Virus record (IMG/VR): IMGVR_UViG_3300020401_000014
Span: 62,881-126,880 of that record
Source: a virus
Direction: 5' to 3' (one strand)
Length of the DNA: 64,000 nucleotides
Below are positions 14,975-26,949 of this stretch, piece after piece. Both the position numbers and the translations under genes were made by a program. The notes beneath the pieces were generated by a model that was not told the origin of the DNA, did not search any database, and saw only the letters and a program-made list of their open reading frames with translations. Numbering within the stretch: the first letter of the stretch is position 1; the number at the start of each line of letters is the position of its first letter.

Positions 14975-15646
14975 GAGTATAAGTATGAGGCAATATGTCG
15001 ATCTTGTCAAGACTTTTTTTTCGATGTGTCGATTTTGTGGTTAGTTGTACCCATATTCTTAAAAGAGGTTTGGTATCCGTTTCGCCATATTGTTATTTGA
15101 TCTCCATCTCTTAATATATTTGCAATACTCATTATATTTTCAATAAAGGTAGCTTGCTCTTCATTATATTTGTTTATTTTATCTTCATAAGTTGGATATT
15201 CATCTCCACTATCAGATAAGAACTTATTATAGTCATATTCAGTCATATTATGCCTCCCATAGATATATATATTTGCCTGTTATCTTTCTACTATACTTAT
15301 TTAGGTTAAAACCACTCATAAATTCTATTACTTTACTTATATTTTTATCTTCAATAGTTAAAATAATTTGATTAGTTGTTTTGTCTATTACTTCACCCTT
15401 ATATTTGTTATTTATATTTGGCTTAAAGTCGTTTGTAAATGCCTCTTTAGTTAATTGCACAACGCTTATCTTCTCCTAGATCATTAACATAGTATATATT
15501 AGTAAAAACATCATTAACAGATTCGCCATTATTTGTTATTTTATTAATATCAGTTATAATATTTTCAATAGTGTCGTCTGTATCTGATTTATTTTGTTTG
15601 ATGTTATTATATTCGTCTAACAATGTGTTTATTAATTGTGCAGTAG

Positions 15647-15862
15647 TCATGGTTTAAATTCGTATGTATCATATTTGTCGCTATCGGGGTCAAAATGTGG
15701 GAATAGAACGCTGATCTCGTTGTCTAGTACGCTCTCATACCTTGGGTAACCCTCATCGTCATGCCAATAGCCTCTTATTTGCGTCTTCTCAAGGAACATA
15801 GGGTCAAATGTCTCAAACATATGATACTCTACATACTTTAATGACCTTGCTTCTATGTCCAT
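15647..15862 (-). CDS. Hypothetical protein
   Basis: TTGACA-17-AATACT promoter just before the ATG. Confidence 0.55.
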   Translation of the reverse strand: MDIEARSLKYVEYHMFETFDPMFLEKTQIRGYWHDDEGYPRYESVLDNEISVLFPHFDPDSDKYDTYEFKP

Positions 15863-16677
15863 GCTTATAAGTATTGACTATATTTAGGACTTTGTCAATC
15901 GAAAATTTGCGAACCGCCAAATAAATATATATTAATAAGTTAAAATATATTAAAAAGAGCAGTAATTCGTTTAAATGTTTGGAAATCCGTATTTATTTCG
16001 CTTACCTTTATTTATATTTGGCTTAGTATTATTATCAATTTTCAATTCGCAATTATTTGATTTATTATTATTAGTTAAATTAAGATAAGTATTACGCACA
16101 AACAATTTTTCTTTTATTTGATTTAATATTTTTGTTATTTTCATTTGATCGCTATTTATATTTATACTATTATTTATATATATTGAAGTCGCGTACTCCA
16201 CTCTGAACCACTTTGACCCACAATGAAACACCTTGGAATCCCTTTATTTACAAAGGTTTATATACAAATCAATTATAATCAATAACTTAATATAAATCAA
16301 GTAATATTATTAGTGTGTTGTATGTTTCTTATTCTGTTATATATGTATAAGTATATTAAAATGTTATTATTTTATTTGTATTACTTATCATATAATAAAT
16401 AACAATCATCTAGCTCAATATAAAGATGACGCAATTCTCTTTGTACAAATTCAATATATTCTTCATCTCGTTCTGATTCTAAAAATAATGTATCAAGTTC
16501 AGCAGTTTTATCTTTTATTGAGAGTTGAATATCTCTTATTCTGTCTTTAAGATTAGTTGTATTTGAATTAGTCATTATATGTAAATAAAATTAACATTAG
16601 CATAAGTATTGCCGACCCGATCCCTACAATCACAAGTAGATCATTCAAGTACCCGATTATTTCCGACATATACATGA

Positions 16678-17088
16678 TCAATACCAACAATGATAGAAAA
16701 CTTTGTTTCCGTTTTTAATTGCTTCTCTAGCTTGCTCAATGAAGTCAAGATCGGTTGACTTATGAAAATAATCTTTGCCTTTATGTGGATTGCCGTTCTC
16801 GTCTTCCCAAGCAAACGAATCATCCCCAAAGAAAAACCCACTTGTTTCGGGCAAATCCTTGTTGCATACATGAGCTTCAAGTTGCTCCAAGTCGGATTCA
16901 TCTATTGGCAAAGGAATGCAGTTGAAATCGCCAAATTCACTTTGAACATTTGGATCGAGGTTTGGTTTGCCTTTGGCTCGCCAAAGTTGCTCCATCCATC
17001 CTTGCAAGCGATTGTGCTTTCTCCAATAGCAAATTTCAGTTTGCTCTCCATCTGAATTTTCGTAGTATGCAGTTTGATCTAATCCCAT
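16678..17088 (-). CDS. Conserved-looking phage protein (MGLD...YWRK family)
   Basis: MGLDQ...CYWRKHNRLQGWM...LPETSGFFFG...YHCWY. Confidence 0.75.
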   Translation of the reverse strand: MGLDQTAYYENSDGEQTEICYWRKHNRLQGWMEQLWRAKGKPNLDPNVQSEFGDFNCIPLPIDESDLEQLEAHVCNKDLPETSGFFFGDDSFAWEDENGNPHKGKDYFHKSTDLDFIEQAREAIKNGNKVFYHCWY

Positions 17089-17684
17089 AATATATAAAGT
17101 TTAGTTTAATTTGCTCTTATTGTCAATACTTTTTTTTGTTTCGGCTCTTAATTTTCTTAATTGCTCGATAAAATATATTTTAAAATTCGCCAACATCGTC
17201 AAGGTTAATTGGAAATGCCATTGGGAGAAAAGCGAGAGCATGACAAAGATCATACTCCATTCGCTTGTAATCTCCTCTTTGATGAAAGAACTGCAAAGTA
17301 TTAATCAAGTGACTAAGATATTCATGCACTTGCTCCATACTATTGAGATCATCATGCTTGGCTTTTATTCGCTCTAATACTTGAGTAAGCTCTGATTGAA
17401 GGATGTGGATTTTAAGCTCGTTCTCTTCGTTGTTCACGATGCAGAAATCAAAGCTTGATGAATAATATTTCTAGTCTTGTAATCAAGAATCCTACCTTCA
17501 TCATCTTGGGGCAACTCACTTAAAACCTCTTCTAAATTTAAATTATGAAGTTGGCATAAGCAAGCGACTTTTCTATAAATACCAATTTCTTTATATTTAA
17601 GAATTGCCCAAGAAGCATCTATTGTTGCAGAATCAGAAGAGCAAATTGCATCAGTTAATTTATTTGTCTCGATAGTTGTATCCA

Positions 17685-18776
17685 TCACAATTCTAAAACT
17701 CTCCAATTTGACATGATCTTGTCTTCATCTTCTTCTATATCAAAACCCATATCTCCAAGAAGAATCGCAATGTCACGCACTCTCCAACCTTCTTCACGAC
17801 TAACTTTCAAGTCAGCAATGTGTTTAAGAGTAACTTCTTCGCCATTCTCCATTTTGTTTTCGATATAATTGCGAACCGCAAGTCTTGAAACCGCATCTTC
17901 TGAATCATCAAAAGGTTCGTCATCCCAATCTCCTTCGATTTCAGAATCGTCATGCTCGTAATCGCTATCGCTTCCGTAGATAGGCTTATTAGCCTCGTAG
18001 ACTACCTTATCTAGCTCTTGACGAGAATCGGTAATGTCTGCGACTACCCTGTATTTAGAAACCCTTAGTTTCTGAAATTCACAATCGGTAGGAACGCTGA
18101 CTGCATCTTGAGGATCGAACTCCACAAGAAGCAAGCGACCTTCACTTCCCGCCCAATTATTTGCGTAATCATACGATCCAATATGCAAACCATGTGAACA
18201 ATGATTATCCTTATTGTCATCGCAACTTCTACGCTGAATCTCGATAGTTTCACCGACTCCATTGTAGATTTGGTGACGACTATTGGTTTGACCTTGCACA
18301 ACAATAGTATCGGCATTGCCTGTGTTGCTCCAAAAGTCATTTTGGACTCCTTTGTAACCCAATACCTTGCCTTCGGGAGTGATCGGAAGTGACCGATAAC
18401 CAAGGAAAGTATAAAGTTCATCAACAGAATTAGAAGATGGATTGTTCATCAATCGTCCAATGTAGTTAGTAATCGGAGTAGAATCTTTCATTCCACTACG
18501 CAACATATCCAAGAGTTTGTCAACAACTACTCCATGTAGTCGATGCTTGCCCTTGTAATATAGCACTTCATCTCTAACTTCTACATCACCCTCTACGAAG
18601 TCCGTAATAGCTTTCTTTACATCAAGCAATTCGGGAACATCTTCGTAACGACCTTCAAAGATTGCAGATCGCAAAGCGGAGAAGTTGGCATTGTCCTTTC
18701 GGATGGTGTAAGGTTTTCCATCATAAAAGATAGTGATGGAATCCTCGCTCAAGTTATACGCTAATTTTTCGCTCAT
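17685..18776 (-). CDS. rIIB: RIIB-like lysis inhibitor protein
   Basis: LYTFL...LPITPEGKVLGYKGV, DDN...CSHGLHIG...YA, VSVP.D...KLRV..Y; adjacent to rIIA. Confidence 0.85.
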   Translation of the reverse strand: MSEKLAYNLSEDSITIFYDGKPYTIRKDNANFSALRSAIFEGRYEDVPELLDVKKAITDFVEGDVEVRDEVLYYKGKHRLHGVVVDKLLDMLRSGMKDSTPITNYIGRLMNNPSSNSVDELYTFLGYRSLPITPEGKVLGYKGVQNDFWSNTGNADTIVVQGQTNSRHQIYNGVGETIEIQRRSCDDNKDNHCSHGLHIGSYDYANNWAGSEGRLLLVEFDPQDAVSVPTDCEFQKLRVSKYRVVADITDSRQELDKVVYEANKPIYGSDSDYEHDDSEIEGDWDDEPFDDSEDAVSRLAVRNYIENKMENGEEVTLKHIADLKVSREEGWRVRDIAILLGDMGFDIEEDEDKIMSNWRVLEL

Positions 18777-18855
18777 AATGTTTTGTCTGTTATAGTAATA
18801 ATATTAGTTGAAATTGTTGTCAAAGTCAAGAAAAAAGATTCGGGGAGAGGCATTT

Positions 18856-21141
18856 TCATGCCTCTTCCCCTTGCTTATCACACATAGAAATATAATCAAT
18901 GATATTCTTGCCGAAGTTGTCTTCGTTGTAATTGATCCATCCGTAAACTTTTGAACATATATTCGCAAGTAATGGGTACTTGTCGTCAATGTCTTTGCAG
19001 AGGTAATCGAAACTCTTCCATTTATATTTAGAAGAGAAATTCTTGTCGAACCACTCCTTGTCTTCTTCTTGCACCAACTTTTTAAGTTTAAACAATGTGC
19101 TGATAACAAGGTCATCGTTTTGAGAATCCGCTAGAATTTGCATAGCTTGTAGAATATCGTTGTCTTTGTCAAAAGTCTTATGCAGTATGCTTCTGAAGCT
19201 TGTATTGCCCAAAATATTCTCTAGCTTCTTTACATTGTTCATTTCATGCCTATGCTCTTGATATGCCATTCTACGCTCTCCACGCAAGAGATCGGCTTTT
19301 CTGCGAAGCAATGCACCCTTGGCTACTTTGATGCGATGATCTTGCCATTCAATCCATTTAGATTTGTCAAGCTTTTTTACATCTGACTTACGGATGCCAT
19401 AGACTTCAACCTTGCGGTCATCATCAAGGTTCTTGAACAAGGCTTGTAAACCTTTGTAGTCACGCTTCAATGAATCTAATTCATATCCAATTCTACCGCA
19501 TGGTTTATAATTACTAATAGCAATATATACAAGATAGGAGTCATCGTCTAAATCTTTCTCAAGGTCTTCGACTTCTGATCCATTTCTCCATTGATCTGAA
19601 TTTCTGTATCCACAAGGATCATATAGAAAAGTTGGTACAGATGCACGACTTTCGCCACTTGCTCTTGTGCCTTGCTTGAGTTTTGCTTTCTCAACATTGC
19701 TAGTATAATACAAGTTGTCCTTAGATACAAGATTGAGTTGCCAACCATCTTCATCACCGAACATATATTGGCTACCAACATCAGTATAAGATACCACATA
19801 TACACCCACAATAGAGTCATCACTATTGAACATAGTTCTTGCTCGTAGAGCATTACCATGCGAAGATGCAATGTCTTGCAAGATGAGTCGGTTGTTCTTG
19901 TGAACATCCACTCTGCTTACTTTTTGACTTCTTACTTTATATCCATCGGTAACATCTTTGTCTTCGACTTTAGTATATTCAGTAATAGTAATATCTTCAT
20001 TGTACTGATAGTTTCTATGAAAGGTTGCACCCAAAATTGGAATACCTTTCCATTTAAAACTATTTTGAAAAATGCTTCGTAGTTCGTATGGCAAAGCATT
20101 AATAACTTGTGCATACTTTGCTTTCGCATCCCATAGGCAAGTTGCTCCACCAAGTTTTTCCTTGGCAATCTCTTGAATGTCATCGTACATTTTCCTAAGA
20201 TGTTGAACAATAGCTTTTTGCGTAGCTTTGTTATATTCCAAAGACTCACGACTATGATGCAATTTTAGTTCGCCAATGTCGAATCTAAGATATACATTAT
20301 CTTCATCACATATATTCTTTAGAGGAGCATAATCGTAACCTTCTTCTACATAATTTTTGAAATCAATAGAATTGGTATTGATAGGATAATGCACTCTGCC
20401 CATGAAAGCATGAGATTGAGAATGGCTTCTTCTCCAATAGTCTTGCTTGTCATCAATGATAAACCAAGACTTGTCCTTGGCTTCAAGCACAACATCGTAC
20501 TTGTCAAAAAATTGTTCGTCATCACCAATGCCAATGAATTTGGGCATTTCTTCTTCGCTGAAGAAGCGGAAGAATGCTTTGACAATTTCTCTGAACTTGT
20601 CTACATCTTCATCTGCAATGGCAACTTCTACCGACAAACCACTTGGTTCGTTGCTAGGTTCTTTGTGCATCTCTACAATCTTGGTATCGTCATCTTCATT
20701 GACAAATATATTGTAAGAAGATTTAGTTCCACCATGATACGAAACGCAAGTAAAATTGTTTCCATAAGACAATGGAGCAAATTTACCGATACCGAAAGCA
20801 CCAATATATGAATTGGAATTACGCTTGGTACTTTTGCCGTACTTTGAGTATAAACCGAATACATCTTCTTTGCTCAAACCACTACCAAAGTCACGAACGC
20901 AAAAGTTTGGATTAAACTTAGATGGCAAAGTAATCTCGACTTTGCGAGTAGCATTTGCTTCTTTGTTTGCATCCAATGCGTTTGCACTAATCTCACGCAC
21001 AACTGCGAGAGGTGGATTGGAATAGTTGTTGCGAAGAAGAGAAGCGACATAACGCATATCTTCGGCATCAATGGTACAATTTACGGAATCGAAATCGTGA
21101 GACGATACGACTCGTTTGGATTTTTCTTGTGTGATAATCAT
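18856..21141 (-). CDS. rIIA: RIIA-like protein (GHKL/HATPase N-terminus)
   Basis: VVREISANALDA, VRDFGSGL, STKRNSN..IGAFGIGKF; 761 aa, upstream of rIIB. Confidence 0.88.
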   Translation of the reverse strand: MIITQEKSKRVVSSHDFDSVNCTIDAEDMRYVASLLRNNYSNPPLAVVREISANALDANKEANATRKVEITLPSKFNPNFCVRDFGSGLSKEDVFGLYSKYGKSTKRNSNSYIGAFGIGKFAPLSYGNNFTCVSYHGGTKSSYNIFVNEDDDTKIVEMHKEPSNEPSGLSVEVAIADEDVDKFREIVKAFFRFFSEEEMPKFIGIGDDEQFFDKYDVVLEAKDKSWFIIDDKQDYWRRSHSQSHAFMGRVHYPINTNSIDFKNYVEEGYDYAPLKNICDEDNVYLRFDIGELKLHHSRESLEYNKATQKAIVQHLRKMYDDIQEIAKEKLGGATCLWDAKAKYAQVINALPYELRSIFQNSFKWKGIPILGATFHRNYQYNEDITITEYTKVEDKDVTDGYKVRSQKVSRVDVHKNNRLILQDIASSHGNALRARTMFNSDDSIVGVYVVSYTDVGSQYMFGDEDGWQLNLVSKDNLYYTSNVEKAKLKQGTRASGESRASVPTFLYDPCGYRNSDQWRNGSEVEDLEKDLDDDSYLVYIAISNYKPCGRIGYELDSLKRDYKGLQALFKNLDDDRKVEVYGIRKSDVKKLDKSKWIEWQDHRIKVAKGALLRRKADLLRGERRMAYQEHRHEMNNVKKLENILGNTSFRSILHKTFDKDNDILQAMQILADSQNDDLVISTLFKLKKLVQEEDKEWFDKNFSSKYKWKSFDYLCKDIDDKYPLLANICSKVYGWINYNEDNFGKNIIDYISMCDKQGEEA

Positions 21142-21378
21142 AATTTTCTAAGTGTTATATAATAAGTTTGACAGGTTTCTAGGATATGTCAACCCTTTTT
21201 TTTGATTAGACCAAAATTTGTTCGTCACCAAAGAGAAGATACTTGGCTTGCACAAGACAATTTATCTCATGTATATATCTTTCTTCATTCTCTTGAGTGT
21301 CGATATTGTAATTCTCGATCTCTTCTATTTTTAAATTAATTAGTTCTTTTAGCTTTTCCATTGTTGAATATAATTACA

Positions 21379-21690
21379 CTATTCGTGATGCAAAAAGATC
21401 GGAGTATATTCTCCCATGTAAGCACCTTCAATATTAAAATCGTAGAATTCAACTGCTTCTTCGTATGTCATACCATCTCGTTCCATCAAGGTTTCTATGA
21501 TATTGTATACGCTATAAATGATGCGACCATCTTTGTCGTATCCTTCGATAGCATTATCAAGACCATCAAGCACAACTGATTCGGGGTTTAATTCTTTGAT
21601 AGTTTCAAGAAGTTGTTCTATGCGTTCTGAACGATGCCTTCTGATCGTCTCTAAAATATCTTCAGCGGTTTCTGTTTCTTCGTTTGTCAT
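21379..21690 (-). CDS. Conserved-looking phage hypothetical protein
   Basis: LDGLDNAIEG...GMTYEEAVEFYDFNIEGAYMGEYTPIF. Confidence 0.7.
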   Translation of the reverse strand: MTNEETETAEDILETIRRHRSERIEQLLETIKELNPESVVLDGLDNAIEGYDKDGRIIYSVYNIIETLMERDGMTYEEAVEFYDFNIEGAYMGEYTPIFLHHE

Positions 21691-21710
21691 AATAGTATTC
21701 AATCAGAATG

Positions 21711-22286
21711 TTAAACGCTTGTCAACATTTTATTTTCTCTGTGCAAAGGTAATACTCTTTCTATTAGAAAATCTACTACTGCCCAAGATATATCAAGCAT
21801 TTCTTGGCACTCTCTGCGATCTCCACCATATTGAGATTGGTTCGCTGAAAAGTGAACTTGGTATCCTTCCGCATCGGTAGCAACATTTGGATCATAGTGC
21901 ATAACCCAATTTCCTTGGGCATCTTGCTTGTATTCTCCACGCTGATGATCGCTTGTTATATATGCAATAGCATTAGGCGAAGTCCATTTGTTTACCCCAT
22001 TAGAATATTGTTTCTTGATATTATATTTTACGAAGTCAATTTCTGCACAAGGAAAGTCTTGCTTGAAGCTATGCAATCGAACGGATACTCCAACTGCCTT
22101 CTTGACAACTCCACCATATTTTCCAAATGCATTTTCTGTAAGTACATTTATGAAACTACTCTTGGTAGTATATGATGCCGTTTGAATTTCATCTTCAAAT
22201 TGACTGCTAATTTTATTTCGCTTAATGAAAATACTTTCGGGGCTGAAATCATGCCAATGTATTTGTTTTGTGTTCCAATAATTCAT
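21711..22286 (-). CDS. Hypothetical protein
   Basis: 191-aa ORF. Confidence 0.6.
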   Translation of the reverse strand: MNYWNTKQIHWHDFSPESIFIKRNKISSQFEDEIQTASYTTKSSFINVLTENAFGKYGGVVKKAVGVSVRLHSFKQDFPCAEIDFVKYNIKKQYSNGVNKWTSPNAIAYITSDHQRGEYKQDAQGNWVMHYDPNVATDAEGYQVHFSANQSQYGGDRRECQEMLDISWAVVDFLIERVLPLHRENKMLTSV

Positions 22287-22695
22287 TAGTTAAGATATTT
22301 TAAATGTTCTTTTGTGTCAACTCCTTCGGGAATTTCTTGTCCATAATATTCAATTCTATGCAATATATGTTTAACAATCATAGTTCTTACTGCATCATTA
22401 GAGAAGTCTATTTTCTTTATATCTTTAAAGTCTGATAAAGCTTCTTCACCTAATTTAATTTTATCTTGTAGGTTCATGTTAATAATACTATGCTAGTTTT
22501 TCCCATGTGTCAACATCTAAATTCATGCACTCGCTCATGGGCGAATCTTCTTCAACGCTATTGATTGAAATTGTAATCTTCTCTTTATATTCGGTAGAGT
22601 CATTCGGAAGAAAATGCAATTTGATTCCACCTTCTCTTATGTCAATAAAGTCTGATTCTGCTAAACCAAGATTAATTTTATATTCTTTAGTCATT

Positions 22696-23505
22696 TTATT
22701 TTTCTAAGCAATAACTCCAATAGCGAGAATTTCTTCTGCCTTGAACTTTGTTCCAATAGATTTCTCTAGCAACATTCGGAGCGACTCCATACTTGTTGCA
22801 ACGATCAAGCCACTCGTTTTCCATATGCTCATAGACCGCAAGATTCGATGCGTGACCATTAGAAAGATCGTGACCCATGAAGCGAAGCAAGTGAACATCC
22901 AAGCAACATAGTTGCGAATCGGTTGGATTAGACAATGCAATGGCATAGGTTGTCTTTGCGTTGCCAAGACCATAAATTTGACCGATCATGCGATTACGAA
23001 ACTCTTGCCATGTTTCGTCATCTTGCTTGTAGAACTGACTTGGGTTCTCACGAAACTTTTCTACAAGTTGCCATAAGCCAATGTTTCTACGCTTGTTGAT
23101 GCCAACCCTAGCATCCGTAACCATGTTTGCTAGAACATCTTTGTCAAGAGTCCATGACATATCTTTTGTTGCGTATTCGTATCCACGCACATTAGATTCC
23201 CATGTGGTATGTACTGACATGATGGCAAAGACCCAACGCTTGAAGCACTCTGCATGAGAGTCAACCTTGAGGCTATCCCAATAGTCGGTTTCTGTCTTAA
23301 CAAGCTTGAGCGTAAGATTGTCAAAGAAGCGATCAACATTCTTGAGTTGATCCACTTTGTGCAATGCTTGAGCTTGCTCAACATTTTGCTTAAAGGGAAA
23401 TAGCATCTGATCGAAACTATTCGTTAAATCAAAATTTAATAATTTTTCTGTTAGTGTGATTTGCATGATGTAAATAAGTATTGAGGAAAAATGCTTGATT
23501 GTCAA
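22696..23505 (-). CDS. Second HhH-GPD DNA glycosylase-like protein
   Basis: IYGLGNAKTTY followed by CLDVHLLR and Y...E..W; true start probably at MQITL, 13 codons in. Confidence 0.65.
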   Translation of the reverse strand: MTIKHFSSILIYIMQITLTEKLLNFDLTNSFDQMLFPFKQNVEQAQALHKVDQLKNVDRFFDNLTLKLVKTETDYWDSLKVDSHAECFKRWVFAIMSVHTTWESNVRGYEYATKDMSWTLDKDVLANMVTDARVGINKRRNIGLWQLVEKFRENPSQFYKQDDETWQEFRNRMIGQIYGLGNAKTTYAIALSNPTDSQLCCLDVHLLRFMGHDLSNGHASNLAVYEHMENEWLDRCNKYGVAPNVAREIYWNKVQGRRNSRYWSYCLEK

Positions 23506-23557
23506 GCTTTTTCTGAAAATGCTTATAAGTTTCTCATTATAAGTCGTTTAAATATAA

Positions 23558-24745
23558 TTACTCGTAATCTCTGAATGCAAGTGCATACGGAAATCGTGGA
23601 ATGCCATCGGGAGTTAGTTCAAAGAATTTAATTGTAGCATATTTGCCAATGTAATCATCCTTATTATTTAGAATTTCTGCTAGATAGTCAAAGTTACCCT
23701 TAATATTTGAGTTGAAATGTTTATCTTGTTTGGGACAATAACATACAAGATGCTTTGCCGTTCCTGTTCTATTTCCATTACCCTCTTCAATATCTGTTAC
23801 AAGATATTCTGCATCCATAAAATCTTTACGCTTGAGTAGTTTTGCACTACGCTTGCCTTGTTCGTATCCATGATTAATGCGGATCATTTGACCTTCGTAG
23901 CCACTACCTATATATCGTTTATATATATCATTAAGATCATCCCTGTCAAACGCAACTTGGGTATTAACCATTTTTATATATTCACTATCAAATATATCCA
24001 TGCCAAAGAAACGCTCTGTAAATAAATCTGTTGGTTCATTTACATTTGTTTGCGGAATATCGTATATCCAATATTGAACAAGCGATCTTGATTCTAGCAA
24101 AGCATTATTAAATTTATTTACTTTATTTAAATAAGATTTATCTGTATCTGATTTACTACGAACAGGTTTTTGTTTTCTTACTAATGAAACTATTTTATTA
24201 AAATCATGTTTCAAGTCGTGATTATATAATTCACCATCAAGTACCATTGTAGGATCATCTTCAAAATATTGAGAGAGTTCTTCTGTAATGTGTGGGACTG
24301 CATCAATCACTCTGCCATTACGAGTCCTCGCAACGACTTCATCTCCTTCTTTGCGTACAATACAACGAATACCATCTAGCTTTGGTTGGGAATAAACAAC
24401 TTGTTTTGAGTATGCTTCTTCAACTTCTGCCTTGCGATCATCATAAGATTGTGCAAGCATGGGGTCAAAATAAGACTTTGACTCTGCATCTTCGGGAGTC
24501 TTAGCATAACCTTCTTTGAGTTTCTTTTCCCATTTTGCCATTGCTTCTAAAACCGCTTGCTCTGCATCGGTAGTCTCATTACTTCTTCCTATATTTTTAG
24601 CAGTAGAAGTTGTTGGTTTATCTTGCGTTAGCTTCATGCCAACTAAACCCTTTACTGCATAAAAGGAGTTGTCATCAATGTGCATCGTCCATTCTCTAAG
24701 TCTGCCTTGAGAATCTACTTTGTATAGTTTTTCTAGTGTTTGCAT
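23558..24745 (-). CDS. lig: ATP-dependent DNA ligase
   Basis: Motif I QPKLDGIRC, LDGELY, GYEGQMIR, LLKRK; start re-called to MQTLEK at 24745 (TTGACA-17-CATATT). Confidence 0.92.
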   Translation of the reverse strand: MQTLEKLYKVDSQGRLREWTMHIDDNSFYAVKGLVGMKLTQDKPTTSTAKNIGRSNETTDAEQAVLEAMAKWEKKLKEGYAKTPEDAESKSYFDPMLAQSYDDRKAEVEEAYSKQVVYSQPKLDGIRCIVRKEGDEVVARTRNGRVIDAVPHITEELSQYFEDDPTMVLDGELYNHDLKHDFNKIVSLVRKQKPVRSKSDTDKSYLNKVNKFNNALLESRSLVQYWIYDIPQTNVNEPTDLFTERFFGMDIFDSEYIKMVNTQVAFDRDDLNDIYKRYIGSGYEGQMIRINHGYEQGKRSAKLLKRKDFMDAEYLVTDIEEGNGNRTGTAKHLVCYCPKQDKHFNSNIKGNFDYLAEILNNKDDYIGKYATIKFFELTPDGIPRFPYALAFRDYE

Positions 24746-24906
24746 AAGTTTAATATGACAGAGTTTGATGCCCCTGTCAAGCATTTTTTAAATCCAAGTG
24801 ACTTTTCCACCATCGAGTTCTTCTTGGGTGACTTCTACCCAATCGCCACTCTCCATGTCTTGATACCAAAAAGAGTCGGTATAGCTATCGTATTTTAATG
24901 AGTCCA

Positions 24907-25140
24907 TTATTGTATTCTTCCGTTGCCATCAAGCACATTGCGTAAGCAACTTGACTGACCCTTGCGAGAGGTCATGCGTTTAGCATTGTCAAATGCTTCG
25001 CTTGATTTATATTGTACCATGATGGGTGTTGATTTGTCAAGATAGACTACCATACCCTTGCGAGGTTGAGAGTCTGCTTGTCGTTTTGCGTTCGCAATAG
25101 AACGCTCAATGTCTTGTAAGAATGCTTGTGCGGTGTTCAT
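24907..25140 (-). CDS. Hypothetical protein
   Basis: Start MNTAQ at 25140, after TTGACA-17-TAGTCT. Confidence 0.55.
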   Translation of the reverse strand: MNTAQAFLQDIERSIANAKRQADSQPRKGMVVYLDKSTPIMVQYKSSEAFDNAKRMTSRKGQSSCLRNVLDGNGRIQ

Positions 25141-26949
25141 GTTAATAAGACTAAAGACAACCACAAAAGTTGTCAAGCCTAAAATTAATCTTCAGCAGTA
25201 GCGATGACAAAAAGCTGAACCCCATCCTTGCCATCTCCACACAAACCAAAAGTATCGACTACCTCTTGGAAGATTGCTCCATCTTCGGGATATATATTAA
25301 GTATTTGTCCAACTTTGTCTCCTTTATTTGGCTTTGCCAAATCCCAATTATGCTTTTTTAATAAAGCCATTTGTTGTTTATTTAATTTCATATCAAGAAC
25401 CTAAGAAACCCGATATTTCCCATACATCATCAAAGCCAAGCAAAGCCTCTGTATCTCCACCAATGTAATCTCCGTAAAAGCCATCTTTATTTTCAACAAT
25501 TAAAGTATGTCTTGATTTTTGAATAGATTTTACAATACCTTCTTGTTCAATATCACTCTTAAAACCAACCCATTCGCCAACTTTAAGATCAAAAGTTTCA
25601 TCCCATTTATTTGTTATTTTCATTATTGTCTCCAAATAATTCATTCCATTCTTCTTCAATTTCAAGATCAGAAATATTATCTAATCCTTCAAATCCATCT
25701 ACAAGTAAATTTATAATATCTGCAATATTCATATTCTGTGCTTCTCGTTCTGCAAGATCATATCGCATATCATCTACATCTCGTTTACTCATTTCTTTCG
25801 CTTATTATATTTACTGCCATTTCCAAAAGCACCTGTTGGAGTCGCAACTCCACCCTTTGAGCCTGTCTTGCCTTTGCCTAGCTTTTTCTTGCCAATAAGA
25901 TATTTATTAATATTTATTTGTTTCATGCAAATAACACTAGACTAAAATCGGGAGTTTGTCAAGCAATTATTTTTTGAGCGGTGGAAATCTGCCCCAATTA
26001 CCCATGCCATCGTAGTCTGCAAAGTCACCCATATATTCATTTATATATACATGAGAGGTTTTATTTGGCTTATTGGATTTTACTTTTTTAGTCGTAAAAA
26101 ATTTTAGAATATATTTAATCATAGTATTTGTTGCAATGTATATAACGATTCAAACTAAGAAACGGATCATTAATAATCATTTTCATGCACTTCTTGCTCC
26201 ATCTCTTTTTTTATTTCTTTATATATTTTATGTAACAAATCTTTTTGAGCATTATAAACGAGAAGCTTATCGTCTTTATTTGAACTATTTACTCTAGGAT
26301 ACTCTATTTGGCGATCAACACTTCTTACTGCATACAATGCCATGTTAAATCCATGCCTTGCCCCACTATTAAATTCATCGTGTGCCATTACTTCTTAAAT
26401 TTATTATCAATCCAAACTTTATAAGTATAGAGTGCCATCAACATAAATGTCAACAACAAACCATCAGTCCAAGATAAATCCCATAATTCTTTTATTTCAC
26501 TCATATTTACTTATTTCTCCATTTTTTAAATTTAATTCTCTTTCAATTTCTTTGGCAACATTTTCACCAACAGATATTTCGTGATCTTTAGATAAAGTTT
26601 CTAATAGCTCAACTAAATTTTTTCCTGTTTTATCTCTGCCTTCTTCTCCCGCAAAAAATAAATTATCTTTAGTTTGCAAAATAAAATCATTGTTTACTCT
26701 AAGTAATATATGATTTATTGCATCCTCGCTACCTCTTACTCCTAATTGTATTTTCATTCGTAATTACTCAATAGAAATAATGAAAACAAACATAATAAAA
26801 TAACCATCAATAATAAACTCATATTATTTAGAAAATATTTTTTTGTAAATAGAAACCATAATATATAATGCTAATGGACATACTGCTGAAATCAAAAAAC
26901 TAAACCAAGGCTCAGAAATCATTGCAAAGTTTACTTAAATATATTTTTA

